DNA of 64,000 nt from Epiperipatus broadwayi (lineage: Eukaryota; Animalia; Onychophora): contig JAQFVV010000001.1 of NCBI GenBank assembly GCA_028023455.1, forward strand, positions 5,146,001 through 5,210,000. The letters are read 5' to 3'. Positions 13,263 to 26,610 of this stretch are shown piece after piece (position 1 is the first letter of the stretch; each line of letters starts with the position of its first letter). The notes below the pieces were generated by a model. The model was given only the letters and a program-made list of their open reading frames with translations. It was not told the origin of the DNA and did no database searches. The translations under genes and the position numbers were made by a program.

Positions 13263-14664
13263 GATCATTTAAACTTGTTCAGCCAACATCTGTCTTACAT
13301 TTTGTAAAGGTTTTGTTAGGATTTTAATTCTTTTATATGTTTATTTGTATTTTTAGCAATTAAAGTGATATATATTTAAAAAATTCTACACTATACTATA
13401 TAATATAATAACTTTAGCCATGAGCCTGAAAAATGAAAAATTAACTTGAATACAGTTCTTTCAAAAAAAATTTTACCCTAATCCCCCCAAAACATTAAAA
13501 TAACAAAATAAGAAAAAATAAATAAAAATTCATAAACATTCTTTCTAAAAAGAAATGATTTTCAAGTTAGAGAGCAATAAACATATGAGAGATCTAAGTT
13601 GTGAACATGAAATTTTTTTTTTTTTAAAAAAAAAGAGTGAAATAAAAAAAGCAATTTTCATTATATCACAGAACAGATGGAAGCTCTTTCTATTGTAGAT
13701 GAATAAAAAGGAGATAGAGGTTAGCATCAATGTAATATTTTTTTAATGATGCAGTGTTTAAAGCTGAATACAGGAAATAAATTTTGTTGTATCTATCTAT
13801 TTTTGAAATTGTATTATATTTTTGCTGCTTAAATTGTTGTATAGGATGGCTACTTTGCTCTAAGTTGTGAGTTTGGGATGCATTACTCCTAAATACATAC
13901 AGTACTATTGAATGAACACAGTATTTAATAAATGTGCTTCTTGAACCAATTAAGTTCATTGCATGGGGCTCTATTGTATTATGTTTTTATAAATAATAAT
14001 ATTGCTGTATAAATTAGTGTGCAAATTTTAAACAAAAATAAAATCCATCTTATATTTTTTTATATAATTTTTTTAAACAAAGATTACTGAAAGTATTAAT
14101 CATTGAATTCCTAATAATTTTTCTTTTTTAAAAAAATCAAAATATAAACTTAAACAAATTATTTAAATTTTAAATTCAAACAAAGATTTCTTTTTTCTGA
14201 AACTTTTTTTAAATTTTTATTCTAATGTAGATAATGGAATGATTGGTATTCTCTTTCTGCCATTTTGATAATTGGAGACATGTTTTCTTTCTTTTTTAAA
14301 GTTTAATAATGAAATACTGAGATTAATGCTAACCAGAAATAAATAACAGAATCTATCAATGTTTATTGTAAATCAAAAATGGAATTTTTAAATTTTAATT
14401 AAATTTAATATATATATTTCCACCAACAGTCTCTTCTACAACAAGAAATAAATTAAGTATTCAACTTCTTAATTTTAATAACTTTGGTTAATTTTATATG
14501 ATATACTCATATATAAATAAAGAAAAATCTAATAATCTATAGTGCTAATGAATATTTGATAAGATAAATGGATATAACAGTTGAGTGCCACAAAGTTTCA
14601 TTTGATCATGATTAATGATAGCATACAATAGCTTGTCACCTATTTAATGATAGTTTTTCTAGTA

Positions 14665-15060
14665 CACCTGGGTCTCGTTTTACACAATAGATAAGTTCCT
14701 CAGAAAACATGCGCAAATGAAATCGCGCAAAAATAGACGTAACTTACATTGAAAAAGAGGGGATGTGGTCTGTGATTTTTCAAAATTTGCGTAAAAGCAA
14801 AGCACCAACGTAAAATTACTTTAAAATTCGCGCAAAAAAAAAAAAATAAGGAAATAAAATATGACTAATAAAAAATTTCAAATTTGAAAAAAATTGATAC
14901 AAGACAAACTTTTTTTAACTATAATATTTAATTTTATTCAAAATAATATATTTTTATGCATAATTTACAGTACAGTAATTTACATTTTTTATACACGTTT
15001 TAATTATTATAGCTATTTGCCGAAAAACACATTCGTTTGCAAACAACTAGCACCAACTTC
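14665..15060. mobile_element. Left part of a second copy of the TA-MITE family seen at 2102
   Basis: TA|CACCTGGGTCTCGTTTTAC..., then ~280 bp aligning with 2102-2380. The right boundary is uncertain and may run to 15771. Confidence 0.7.
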
Positions 15061-15662
15061 ACACTCATGTTGTAACAGTGGTTTTCTGGTGACAACATAA
15101 TTAGTAATTAATCTTTGAGATGATGATTTTATTAATTGTTTATGAAACTAACAACTAAAAATTAAATTCTTATTTTTGTCTTTAATTTTCAATTCGGTTT
15201 AAAAATCAAATTTCACATTAATTTCAAGTCGCAGTAAGTAATTTTTAAATTGTTAAGTACAATTAAAAATCAGATTTTAATTTTTAATTGTCAAATTTAA
15301 TTATGCCCACTGCTATTACTGACGTTTTAAAAATAAACTTGTGGACACTAAATGATTAATAATTGATTATGTTCTTTTTTAAAAAGCAAAAACAGAATCT
15401 GATTTAAAATGCAAAATTAACACGTACAATGTTTGAACAAATTTACATTATAATCTTGTAAAATTTAATGTGTGTATACATAAAATGTGGAAATTATAAT
15501 TTTTAATTTCATTATTGCATAAAATCTTACTATTATAAAGCACTGAAAATATTGAAATTACTAAGATGAAAGTCGAATTCCAATAATGTGCTATTACTTT
15601 CAATATAACGTAAGTGCACGAAATTTATTATTTAAAGTAATAGCGCATTATCGGAGTTCATA

Positions 15663-15771
15663 CACCTGGGTCTCTTTTTACACGGACTTATTTAACACAC
15701 TTCCGGTGAAACACGAATCGCGTAACTTCAAAATCGTGTTAAATAAGTCTGCGTAAAAAAAGATCCAGGTG
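15663..15771. mobile_element. 109-bp mini-MITE of the same TA family
   Basis: TA|CACCTGGGTCTCTTTTTACACGGACTTATTTAACAC...GTGTTAAATAAGTCTGCGTAAAAAAAGATCCAGGTG|TA; ~36-bp imperfect TIRs. Confidence 0.8.
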
Positions 15772-16283
15772 TACTTTGCTATTAGAGTTACATAATCAAC
15801 TGAGTGTTTTTTTTTTTTTTTTGCATAATTTAGATACATAATAGTAAATCAATGTTTCAAATTATAACCTACCATAGTTTTATTATGTTACAATAAAATT
15901 CAAACTTTATTTGTCTCATTGATACTGATAGTGCATATAATGGTGAGTAAGTAGCGCATCACAGTTCTTAATGTAAAATATAAATGTGTATGAAATAGAA
16001 AACAACAATATGTCTCTATAGATGATTTGAACATTTATTTATTGAAAATGATTAGCTAATCTAAAAGTAAAAATAAGATTCATACTTTGATGATAAATAG
16101 AGCAAAAGTATATCTATTTATCTGTGTTAATATTAACCTGCAATGTCTAGAAGATGGTGTAGTAATATTCAGACTATAAGGCTTACTTCATACTACTTCA
16201 AAAAGATTAGTTATTTTATATAAATATAATTTTAAATTTGAATATTTTTTTTATTATAAGCATTATTTACAATATGCATTAAA

Positions 16284-17397
16284 CCAATGCACATGTGCTT
16301 TAAAGATAAATTATAAATGAATACTCTTACTTTTTTTCCATACACAAGATATAGTAATTTAGAAAGAATGGAATGAATCCACCCATTCTTTCAACCCAAA
16401 CATTTATGTATGGGCAAATCTTAAGCATATGGAACTGAGAGTGTGAAAATGTTAAGCAATTACTTTAAATTACATTCGTTATATTTGAACGAATGACGCC
16501 TGCAAAATCTTTACAATTTATGACCCATCATTCTTTAATTGAAATTAAACATATATAATGAGATATTATTTTATATAGTACTATGTTTTAATACTGTAAT
16601 AATGATATTAGCGATTAAGCCAATGCACATGCGCTTTAAAGATAAATTATAAATGAGTACTCTCACTTTTTTCCATACACAAGATATAATATTTTAGAAA
16701 GAATGGAGTGAATCCACCCATCCTATCACTATTACAGTATAAATTGTAAAGATTTTGCAGGCATCATTCGTTCAAACATAACAAATGTAATTTAAAGTGA
16801 TTGCCTAACACATTCACGCTCTCATTTCCATACGCTTAAGATTTGTCCATACATAAATGTTTGGGTTGAAAGAATGGGTGGATTCATTCCATTCTTTCTA
16901 AAATAGTATGTTTTGTGTATGGAAAAAAAGTGAGAGTATTCATTTATAATTTATCTTTAAAGCACATGTGCATTGGCTTAATCGCTAATATCACTATTAC
17001 AGTAATAAAACATAGTGCATGTGCATTGGGTTAATAGTGCTATATAAAATAATATCTCATTTTATATGTTTAATTTCAACTAAAGAATGACAGGTCGTAA
17101 ATTGTAAAGATTTCGCAGGCGTCATTCGTTCAAACATAACAAATGTAATTTAAAGTGATTGCTTAACACCTTCACACTCTCATTTCCATACGCTTAAGAT
17201 TTGTCCATACATAAATGTTTGGGTTGAAAGAATGGGTGGATTCATTCCATTCTTTCTAAAATACTATATTTTGTGTATGGAAAAAAGTGAGAGTATTCAT
17301 TTATAATTTATCTTTAAAGCACATATGCATTGGCTTAATTGCTAATGTCACTATTACAGTATTAAAACATAGCGCTATATAAAATAATATCTCATTT
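16284..17397. mobile_element. Inverted concatemer of a ~336-bp monomer (family C) with a 13-bp TSD
   Basis: About 1.3 monomers in one orientation (16284-16721; period 336) and about 1.9 monomers inverted (16740-17397). Exact direct repeat AATATGCATTAAA at 16271-16283 and 17398-17410. Confidence 0.85.
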
Positions 17398-18479
17398 AAT
17401 ATGCATTAAAATGTTTGTATAAAAAAAACAAAATGTATAACCATAATATTGCAAAAAGGAATAAATAAAATTTTTGTTGAACCATAATATCGCAAAAAGA
17501 AAGAAAATTATTTTTGTTTAACTAGATTCATTTGACTTATAATGATATAAATTTGATTTTTATTATTGTTGCCATTAACTATAATAACTTTTATAATATT
17601 ATTCTTAGAAAGTAGTAGAAAAAAATTATCATTTGAAAAAGATGAAAAAGACAGCAATTTAGACTGCAAACAGTATAAGGTAACACTCTACCTAAAAAAG
17701 GAGGCTTAAAATTTAAACTATGTGAGCTAAATTCAAACTAATATTGATTTTTGAAAAATAGAAACCTACTTAGGAAGATATTGAGAAGGATTCCTGTTCA
17801 TTAAAAAAATAATAATGTGAAATTAAGGCATTTAAATATTGATAGTATAATATACCATATGTACCTGCTAAGGGTTAATGGGATTAAGTTGCAAAACAAA
17901 CTAGGTATTGTTCATAACTTTTGCACCTTAAATTCAAAATACTATATTATCATTATTTGATAGCCGGAAACATAAGAATTCATTTTTATAAAATCATAAT
18001 GAGTCATTGCTATCAATATTCGGAATATCCAACTTTGATTTAAAAAAAGTTGTTAAATGGTTGATGTGATTGCATGTAAAACATAATATTATATAATATC
18101 ACACAACACACACACACACATATGCAAGTTTACCCGAGTTTATATCATTAGACTGAATAAATTAATAAAAAATGGCCCTAGGTAGATGAAATTTAAGACT
18201 TCTTCATATCGGATCATTTAGCTAAAAACTGATCCAGATGTACATGGCATTTATTAATTATTTATACAATATTTATATGTAAATGCTTATAGAGTTAAAG
18301 CAGATATATATAGAGAAAGGGAGAATCTACTATAATAAATTAAAAAATTATAATTGTGTGAACTCACAACTAGTAATTTTTTTTTCATTTATTGATCATG
18401 TTCTTCATCTTGAATTGAAATGTGTAGTCTTTGTTTTTCTCTCAACAGATTTTCTTAAGGAGAATATATATTTTTATTA

Positions 18480-18667
18480 TGGGATTCCCAGAGATTGTAA
18501 AAGACCTAGAAAGAGATCACATGTAAGATGGATGGTTGAAATAAGGAAGTGTGCTGGGTGATATAGAGAAGAGAGGCTAGAGATTGGATAATATGGATTG
18601 AACTTGGAGAGACCTTCATACTGCAATGGATTGATAATGGTTAAAAATGATGATGATCCATGATGAT
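18480..18667 (+). mobile_element. RTE LINE 3' fragment
   Basis: WIPRDCKRPRKRSHVRWMVEIRKCAG... matches 295-470 and ends in an ATGATGATGAT tail. Confidence 0.85.
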
Positions 18668-21600
18668 ATCTCCATTGACTTAATTTTTCTTAATATCCTA
18701 TTGATATTTAATATTTAAACTGGAAAGTAGTGATATAAATTTGAATATTGATAATAGTTGATCATAGTCATATCAGCAACTTATTTTAATTAAACTGAGA
18801 ACAAGAAAACAATTATGAATTAGTTTCTTAAACTGTGTTCAAATATTTATCAATGGACAAAAAAAAACCCCACTAGCTCATTTGTGCTCCTAGCTTATTT
18901 GTTTAATAATATACGTAGTTTAGTTGTAGTTAGTTGCTGTTTATGCGCACAGTGCTTCAAGGACCCCCCTCCCCGTTTTTCGACAATCTTTCTTCAAGAA
19001 CCATTTGCTATTTATACATGGAAACTTTTAAATAATATTCTTTTTAGTGATCATCTTATTCCCATTTTTTAAAAAAAATAAAAATTGTGTTTATTTTTAT
19101 GCAATAGTAGCAAATAATAAAAACATAATATGTCTTATGAGTTTTTTCTTAATCTTAAACATTAAAGAAGTCATAGTTATTTTAATATTTTTTCTTTAAA
19201 CACTTCTCAAATTGCTTATTAATTTTACTGTTATTGGAATATTTTATTAAAAGCTACTCCCATGGTTAAACAGACCATATACCATTCTCCTCTTTATACA
19301 TAAATCTCTATCAGATCCCTGTCTTCTAATTATTTTTACTTGTAAGATGAATAGAATTATTATTTTTATTGACATGCAGAATAATTTAGTTGAAAGACTT
19401 TCTGAGTGAATTGTTGTATGTTTGCCAAGTATATAACAGAACTCCACCTTTCAATTTTTTTTTAAAAAAATGAGGCCATAGTATTCTATAACTGGATGAT
19501 TGGGTGGAGTTGAGATCTGAGTGACTCCAGCAGTCTAAAAAGACTGCTGAAGAAAAACAGTTATTATTGATCCATTATTTGGTCATTTAATTTCTCTGGA
19601 GTAAAAGATGGGTTGATTTCAAATAAAATTAATTGAACAAAATATTATCACTTTTTCTACTTTACAATAAAGTAGAATTATATTAAAGAGGAATATATTA
19701 TAAATCATATTCCTAAGAAAAGAAGTAAATGTTTATGATATATAGATTAAATGATTTTTTTTTTTGTGTGTGTGTGGAGATATTTTATTTAATATTAACA
19801 ACAAGCACACTCACACATAATTATTCCTATATATATATAGTAAAGATTCATAGGTCTAGTATGTTTGGAGGAGCTACTTTTAAAAGTTTCGTTAAATTAC
19901 ATGTAAATAATTATAGCAGTAAGTTAAATATGCAAGGAAGTCTTGCAGAATGTACAGTTCATTCAAGTGACAGCAGTCAAGTTATACAATGAATATGTTT
20001 TATAAAAATTAATTGTTAATTCATCCAATTCAAATTATCAGCTTACTTTTCAAAGCTTTCTGATTTCTGGATATCACTATAATTGTCATATTGAATGGGA
20101 CAATATTTGAGATCTTACAATTGTTTTCACAAAGATACAAACTTTGATTAAATTTAAAATTGAAATATATTGAATACCTTCAAATTACAATATTAGAAAG
20201 CATTAAATTTAAACTTGATTTTCTTTCATGCAGTTTCTACAAATCAATTGCATTTTAAATTATTAATTTAAAGATTCCAGATAACTGACTGAAGCTTAAT
20301 TAAACTGTACAATTATTTTTTTTTGTGTAAGTGATCTTCAGTTTAAATAAAAATTTGTGGCAAAATAAAATTATTTTTTGCTTTATTTTATAAAAAATTT
20401 TTTTAGAAATAAAAAATTATATTAAAGCAAAATAATTTTAAAAATTAAAAAAAAAAAAAAAGAAAGCATATCTTTATGTTTTAATAATGTAATGAAAACA
20501 ATTCTAGATCTAATGCAGAAAATTATATGACTAAATCAAGAAATGCAAATGGTATGATGGATACTGTTAATTCATATAGCAAATGTTTTAGGTCATTTCC
20601 AGTTTTGTTGGTCCAACCTATTTCTGACATTTGTAAGAGTTTTCATATCAGTTTAATTCTCTTATTTGTTTATTCGTACCTACAGCATTGAAAATATATT
20701 TAAATATATGCTAGAAAAATGAAATTAGAAATCTTATGTGAGTGGCTGAAAGTAATTTTCAAGGTAGAGAATGCTATAACCATTTAAGTTCTGAGTATGG
20801 AATGTCTTTTTAAAAAATAAGAATGAAATAAAAAATGTGCAGGATTATGAGGAGCTTCCAATTATGCAGTTCACATTATATAATATTGTGAAATAGATTG
20901 GAAATAACAGTTCATGGTATCAATATATATTGTGCCCATTTCAATTTAGCCAGTGGCTAAAGTTGTAGACATGTGCCTGAAAGGAAATATGGAACCAAAA
21001 ATCATCATCATATTTTTATATAGGAAAGGAAGCTGTAGGACACACAAGTTTAAACCCTACAGGATTAAGTCCCAAAAGCCTAAGACAGAAAGAGAGGGGG
21101 AAAGTTATGTTCTTTATTTGTTTGTGTGCTAACAAAACTCAAAAAGAATAGTACATACCTTTTAGTTATTCAATAGTTCTTTTTAAAAGTAAGATTATAA
21201 CACATATAGGCAGTTGTCTGTGAACAAGCTATTTAGTTTGTCATTTTCATACTTCAAATATTAACTTTCTTCAAAATTAATCTACACTTGCTAAATTCTG
21301 CTATTTTTTTCTCTATTTCTATTTTGTTTTCCATGGTTATAATTTGGGTTTAAAAGTTTTAAGAATTTTATTTTAAATATTAAAAGTATAGTTTCTAAGA
21401 AACATTCAGATTATTTTAATAGGCCAGTTTTTATAAATGATTTGAGTGACAGAGTGTGTGTGGGTATATTGCATAAATAAATCTACAGTTACACATATTG
21501 GGAAAAAAAGAGACAATTCTGTTAAGTTATTTTTTTTTACTCAAAGGTTTTGTTGCTATAAAGACTTCTTGTTTATATCTGTATTTCTTAAAACTCACAA

Positions 21601-24600
21601 AGTGAGAAGTCCAGCTGAAAATCTTCACATCAGAGAGATCAAAGAGAAGAGATGGAATTTTATGGTACGAAATTTGTCATCAGGATGAGAAAAAAACCCC
21701 TTAAGATAATGTTCCTTCAATTCAGAATAATTTATCCAGAAATCATGTTATTGTGAATTTATTATTTTTTTTTACCAGCAGTTAAAGAAAAAAAACATGA
21801 TCAGTCTAATTAGATGAGTTGACTAAAAATAAAAATATAAAAGGGCCTGGAAAGTCAATTGGATTTGATTTTAAATAGTGAAACTGGGGAAAAGAAGAGC
21901 TTTAAATTCTGCAAGATATCAATTTGAAATTATTTTTTTTTATATAAATTTTTTTTTGAAGATTTATATAATATAGCTAAATGGCAGGTTAAAATCTATA
22001 TATATTTCATCTGGCTATCCAAGCAGCTATCAGCCAACACATCATATAAAAAATGTTTGAATCAAAAGTATTCTACACCTTATGACTGATTGGGAAAAAT
22101 AAGATTGAAGTGACTAACTGCTCATCCATATTTTAAGTAGAAGAAAACATTCACCTGCATTTGAAAGCTGAATGAAAATAAATAATCTGCTGATCAGTAT
22201 TAAACCATGCTAGTTGTTATCCCAGTGACTGAGTTTAAACCCCAGCAAAATTATAAATGAGAACAACAGATATCCTCCTCTATTAGAAGAATTATGCTGA
22301 ACAGGAAAAAAAGAAACAGTTCCAGTGCCAAATGGTTCCTACTGAAGCAAATAACTTCATCATCATCATTACCATAAAAGAGTTACAAGCTCAAGTCAAG
22401 CAAAAAAGTCTGTTCCAGTGAACTGTGGAAATTGATCATATACCCATGGTACAGATTGGTATGTGTTTGCTGTAAAATGTATAGACATTTAACAAGCCAA
22501 GTTTGAACTCTTGGAAGCCTCAACAAAATAAAAGGGACTGGTAATATGAGTTTTCATTATATATATTTTTTTATGATATCAGGGACTATTAGTAAAATTT
22601 TTAGCAATAATGTTTTATCTTTTCTTATGTCTGAACTTTAAGAACCAAAATCAAGTAAAAACACAAGCATTTCTTCAGTAATAATAGCTATAAGCTTGAT
22701 TAATGATTTTATGTATGCTAAAATTATTATACCCGCTTATTGATGAATTTTGTTTTCTAAAGGGTATTATTGTATATTAATCTAAATTTATGAAATGTTG
22801 TTAATATATAAAATATTTTTTTTTGTATTGTTTTTAAATAATATTTTATTCCTAATGGGGATCAACACACACATACACGTTAATATAACAATTATTGCCA
22901 TATGTATATAATTGCATATGAATGTGAGAATAATAGGCATATAGCATTAAAGATATTAGATTATGTTTTTTTTGCGTTAATGAGTAGCAATCTCAATAGC
23001 TTAGAAGGGGAGATAAATAATTCAAACTTGTTTCTGAAAATCTTTTTCTTTTCTATTTGACTAACACTTTTTCTAATTAATCATTCTACTTTATATGCAG
23101 TAATAAATGTTAATTTGTTTTATTAAATGAGGCGTATAGTGTCATTAAGAGTATTCTTTATTAGTTGTGATCATTCATCATCACTAGTGAATATTAACTG
23201 TTTAAGTTCTAATTAGATATACTAAAATTAGCCAAATCGTTATGAATTTCTAAAAACTAAATTTCATGTTAGGCTTAGTTCTAAAGCTGTGGCTGGAAGT
23301 ACCAGAAACATCATCATTGCCATCATCACATTTTTTAATTAATGAGCTAGATAAATGTTTAAAGGCCATAGATAAATAGTGATTTCATGGTATTTGGTTG
23401 TGTAAGTCATTATTATAACCACCATTCCAACATCTACATCATTCAAGGATGAGTGAATTGCCACCCTAAATTAATAGTGTAATATGAGCTAGCAAAACTT
23501 ATGAAAGTATTAAAAAGCATTTATCATATTAAAATCTAAGAGATAATTTGTCTGATGAATTTTATATACACCACTGTAGCTTAAGGATGTTTTGTGTTTA
23601 CTTTAATGTTAGTGCATACGGTGATATGAGTCTAAATCTGGTACATTTGAAAAAGCTATAGAATATAACTTTGTCTAGGTTCAGATAACCTAGTGGTGCC
23701 CTGCTAGACCATATTCATTTATTATTCACTTAGATATTCACTTAATATAAAACCAAGAGATAAAAGTGGGTAAAATTTACTGTTGGATTTATTGAGGAAA
23801 TATTTTTATTGGGTTATCAATGTACTCTCCCACTTGATGTTATTTCAGGAGTTATAATGTCTTAATAGTTTATTTAAGTTACAATGTGTTCCTACTTGTT
23901 TATTGAGGATATTATGGCTGCCTAACTAGGGTTTGAAATAGGCTAGATACCAGATAACTGAAATGACTAGTTTCTAATCATTATTATGATGATATTATTT
24001 TGCCATCTTGGAGTTGATTTATATCTATCTCATCATCACTTTTCTCCCTCAAGACACAAACATTATATATATATATTGTGGAAATATTAACTAGATATCA
24101 TATTTTAGCTACAATGTATTGAAAATCTTAAGTAGAAATTAATTTAAGTTACAATGCTCTTTTGATTGATAATTAATATTTTGGCTACAATGTATTTTAG
24201 TTACAATGATTTTAAGGACAACTTGTTTAAATATTTTAGTTACAAATGATGTTGAATTAAATATTTTAGTTACAATATATATTTTTAATACTTTTAAAGA
24301 TTTCTATTTTAATTTCCAGAGCAGTGTATAAAAAGTTGAAAACAGTAAATTATTTCTGTTTTTAATACTTCTAAAGTATTTTGCAATTGGAATTATTTTT
24401 ATATATATCTGTTTGGGTTTCAAAGATTAAAATAACAAATGTTTACTCTATCTTTATATAAGCATAGTAAACATGTTTTTTTATGAACAATTTAAGATTG
24501 TTGGTTATTTAAATTTCATGTTCTTTATTGAGTTAGTTCATCTCCCAATATTTCAGTTCTAATAATGTATTGATTCAATGAGGTACTTTTTTTGGACTGA

Positions 24601-25767
24601 CTATTGTTTACAGAGGGTGCATGAAGATGATATGATATTTAGATATTTATTTCAGCATAGCATGTGCACTGGAATTATTTTGAAGATTTCTCTTTTAATT
24701 ATTAGTGCAATGTTATAAAATTTGAAAACAGTACATTATTTTTTAATGCATTTTTATATTTATATTTTTGATTTTGAATTATACTTTTACTGTTTAAATG
24801 GTTATGTGGCATCGCAATTTTACTGTAGGGTAGAATCTGGAACAGATTATTACTAAAGATATATATTTCAATTAATGAATGTGCTTCTGGAATGAATTAT
24901 GTTTATTCCACTAGTCTCTACTATGCTACTAAATATTTTCTGGATATTTATCATTAATAGATTTAGACAATATCTTTAAAATAAAACCCATTATTCAGTT
25001 TCTATATGTTAAAAGTTAATTATTATGAGACTGTTGTATGCATGACAAATGCTATATAATAGTAATAATATATATATGCATATAATGCAATTTAATTTTA
25101 AAATTACAGAACATCTAAATCAATATAGCACTAAAACTAAATTCATATTACAACATCTAAATATGTTTGTTTATTGATATAAATATTTAAAAAATTACAT
25201 ATACAAATTAAAATATAAGCAAAAATAATTAACAAAAAAATAAAATATTTATTTTATGGACAAAAAGTATATTATTTATAATTAATAAACCAGAATTAAA
25301 TTTTGAAAAAAAAAAAATTAGCTAGAAAAACCTAATTAATATTAGCATTAGCAATATGCTTAAAAAGTAGTATGTATTAAAACTACAGAAAGGAATTTGC
25401 TGTTAACTGAAAGGAGACCCTGTAATTACACTGTGAGATCTTAAAACGAATGAAGGAGGATTATTTCTAATGTTTAAACCAATATTTTTTGACATTGCAG
25501 CAGTTATTACTATATGAAACTCATATAGTAAATAAACATTAATGGACTCCTCTCCGACATGCAGTGTGATGAGTCTATTGACTTTTGCCTCTGAGTTTAA
25601 AATCAAAAATACCATGGTCTATCTTTTCAATTATCTGATACTTGCTAATTGAAATATCAGTTAAATTTTCTTGAAGACAGGATGAATGTGTGTGTGAATG
25701 AACTTTTTTAAAAATATATATTTACAATCACAATAGACAAGTCTAAATTATGATCCTTATTTCCAAG

Positions 25768-26160
25768 AGGCTGTAAAGCCACCAACCATGGCAGCAGTTG
25801 ACAGCTGAAGATGGAGAAGCTAAAAATCCCATGGCTGTGAACCCACCAGACTGCCTTTCAATGACAATCTTTTATTTACATATTTACAAATGCAGGTCAA
25901 TTTCAAATGAAGGAAGTTTGTATGAATTGGAAGAACAGTCTAATATTAAATGGAGCATTAATAGTGTAGTTAAAAGAAAAAGTGAAATGACAATTAATTT
26001 AAAAAGTGAACATGTAATCCATTAGAAACGCAGAAATATTGAAAGCTTAAGTGAAGTGGAATTCATTATAAATAAAAAATGGAAGAACAACAACATCGTG
26101 GGAGATTGATGGTATATCAGCAAGAATGGCAATATTAATTATTCAAATTAACTGAAGATA
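25768..26160 (+). mobile_element. RTE LINE 5' fragment (start of the AP-endonuclease domain)
   Basis: GEAKNP...CRSISNEGSLYELEEQ.SNIKWSI...VKRKSEMTINLKSEHV...VEFIINKKWKNNNI...GISARMAILIIQIN, resembling the RTE APE N-terminus; frameshifted. Confidence 0.7.
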
Positions 26161-26359
26161 CCAAATGTAGATAATTCAGGGGTTTTTCCCCAACAAGTTC
26201 CCACTGTGATAAAAAGTAGAGAATTTTTATATGGATTTGCAAAATGATAAACAGAGCAAAACTCTCCATACAGTATTGCCACCTGTGCTAAACAGACTAA
26301 TCAATGATTGCCAGAAGGCCTGTGCATAAAATCCCTATCTAATGCCTACTCATCCAATA

Positions 26360-26401
26360 TCCCCAGACTAGTTTCTGGCTTGTGGCCTTCGTCAGTGAGG
26401 A
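26360..26401 (-). ncRNA. Type I hammerhead ribozyme motif (inverted-arm copy, family B)
   Basis: Reverse complement is TCCTCA-CTGACGA-AGGCCACAAGCCA-GAAA-CTAGT-C-TGGGGA, identical to the + copy. Confidence 0.7.
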
Positions 26402-26551
26402 GCCATATGACTATATAAGCTATTGAGTTTAGATTGAAAATATTTTTTGTGTTTTCAATTTCATTCTCAGGGTTTTGTAGTTAAGTAGAGATAAAAGGTG
26501 GTTGCTAGAGGGTTTGCATTAGATCCTAAGATCTAGATGCAGTGCTCTCAG

Positions 26552-26610
26552 ATCCAAAGCTCCTCACTGACGAAGGCCACAAGCCAGAAACTAGTCTGGG
26601 GATATTGGAT
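26552..26610 (+). ncRNA. Type I hammerhead ribozyme motif (family B)
   Basis: Helix I TCCTCA/TGGGGA, extended by ATCCAA/TTGGAT across an internal loop. Core CTGACGA; helix II GGC/GCC flanked by A's; GAAA; palindromic helix III ACTAGT; GUC cleavage triplet ending at 26596. Confidence 0.75.

Noticed and set aside
17863-17880. AGGGTTAA as the right end of a piggyBac element
   Set aside because: No matching left end was found nearby.
19485-19565. Hairpin CAGCAGTC-TAAAA-GACTGCTG followed by CTGAAGA as a type III hammerhead
   Set aside because: There is no helix II or GAAA after the CUGAAGA and no NUH before the hairpin.
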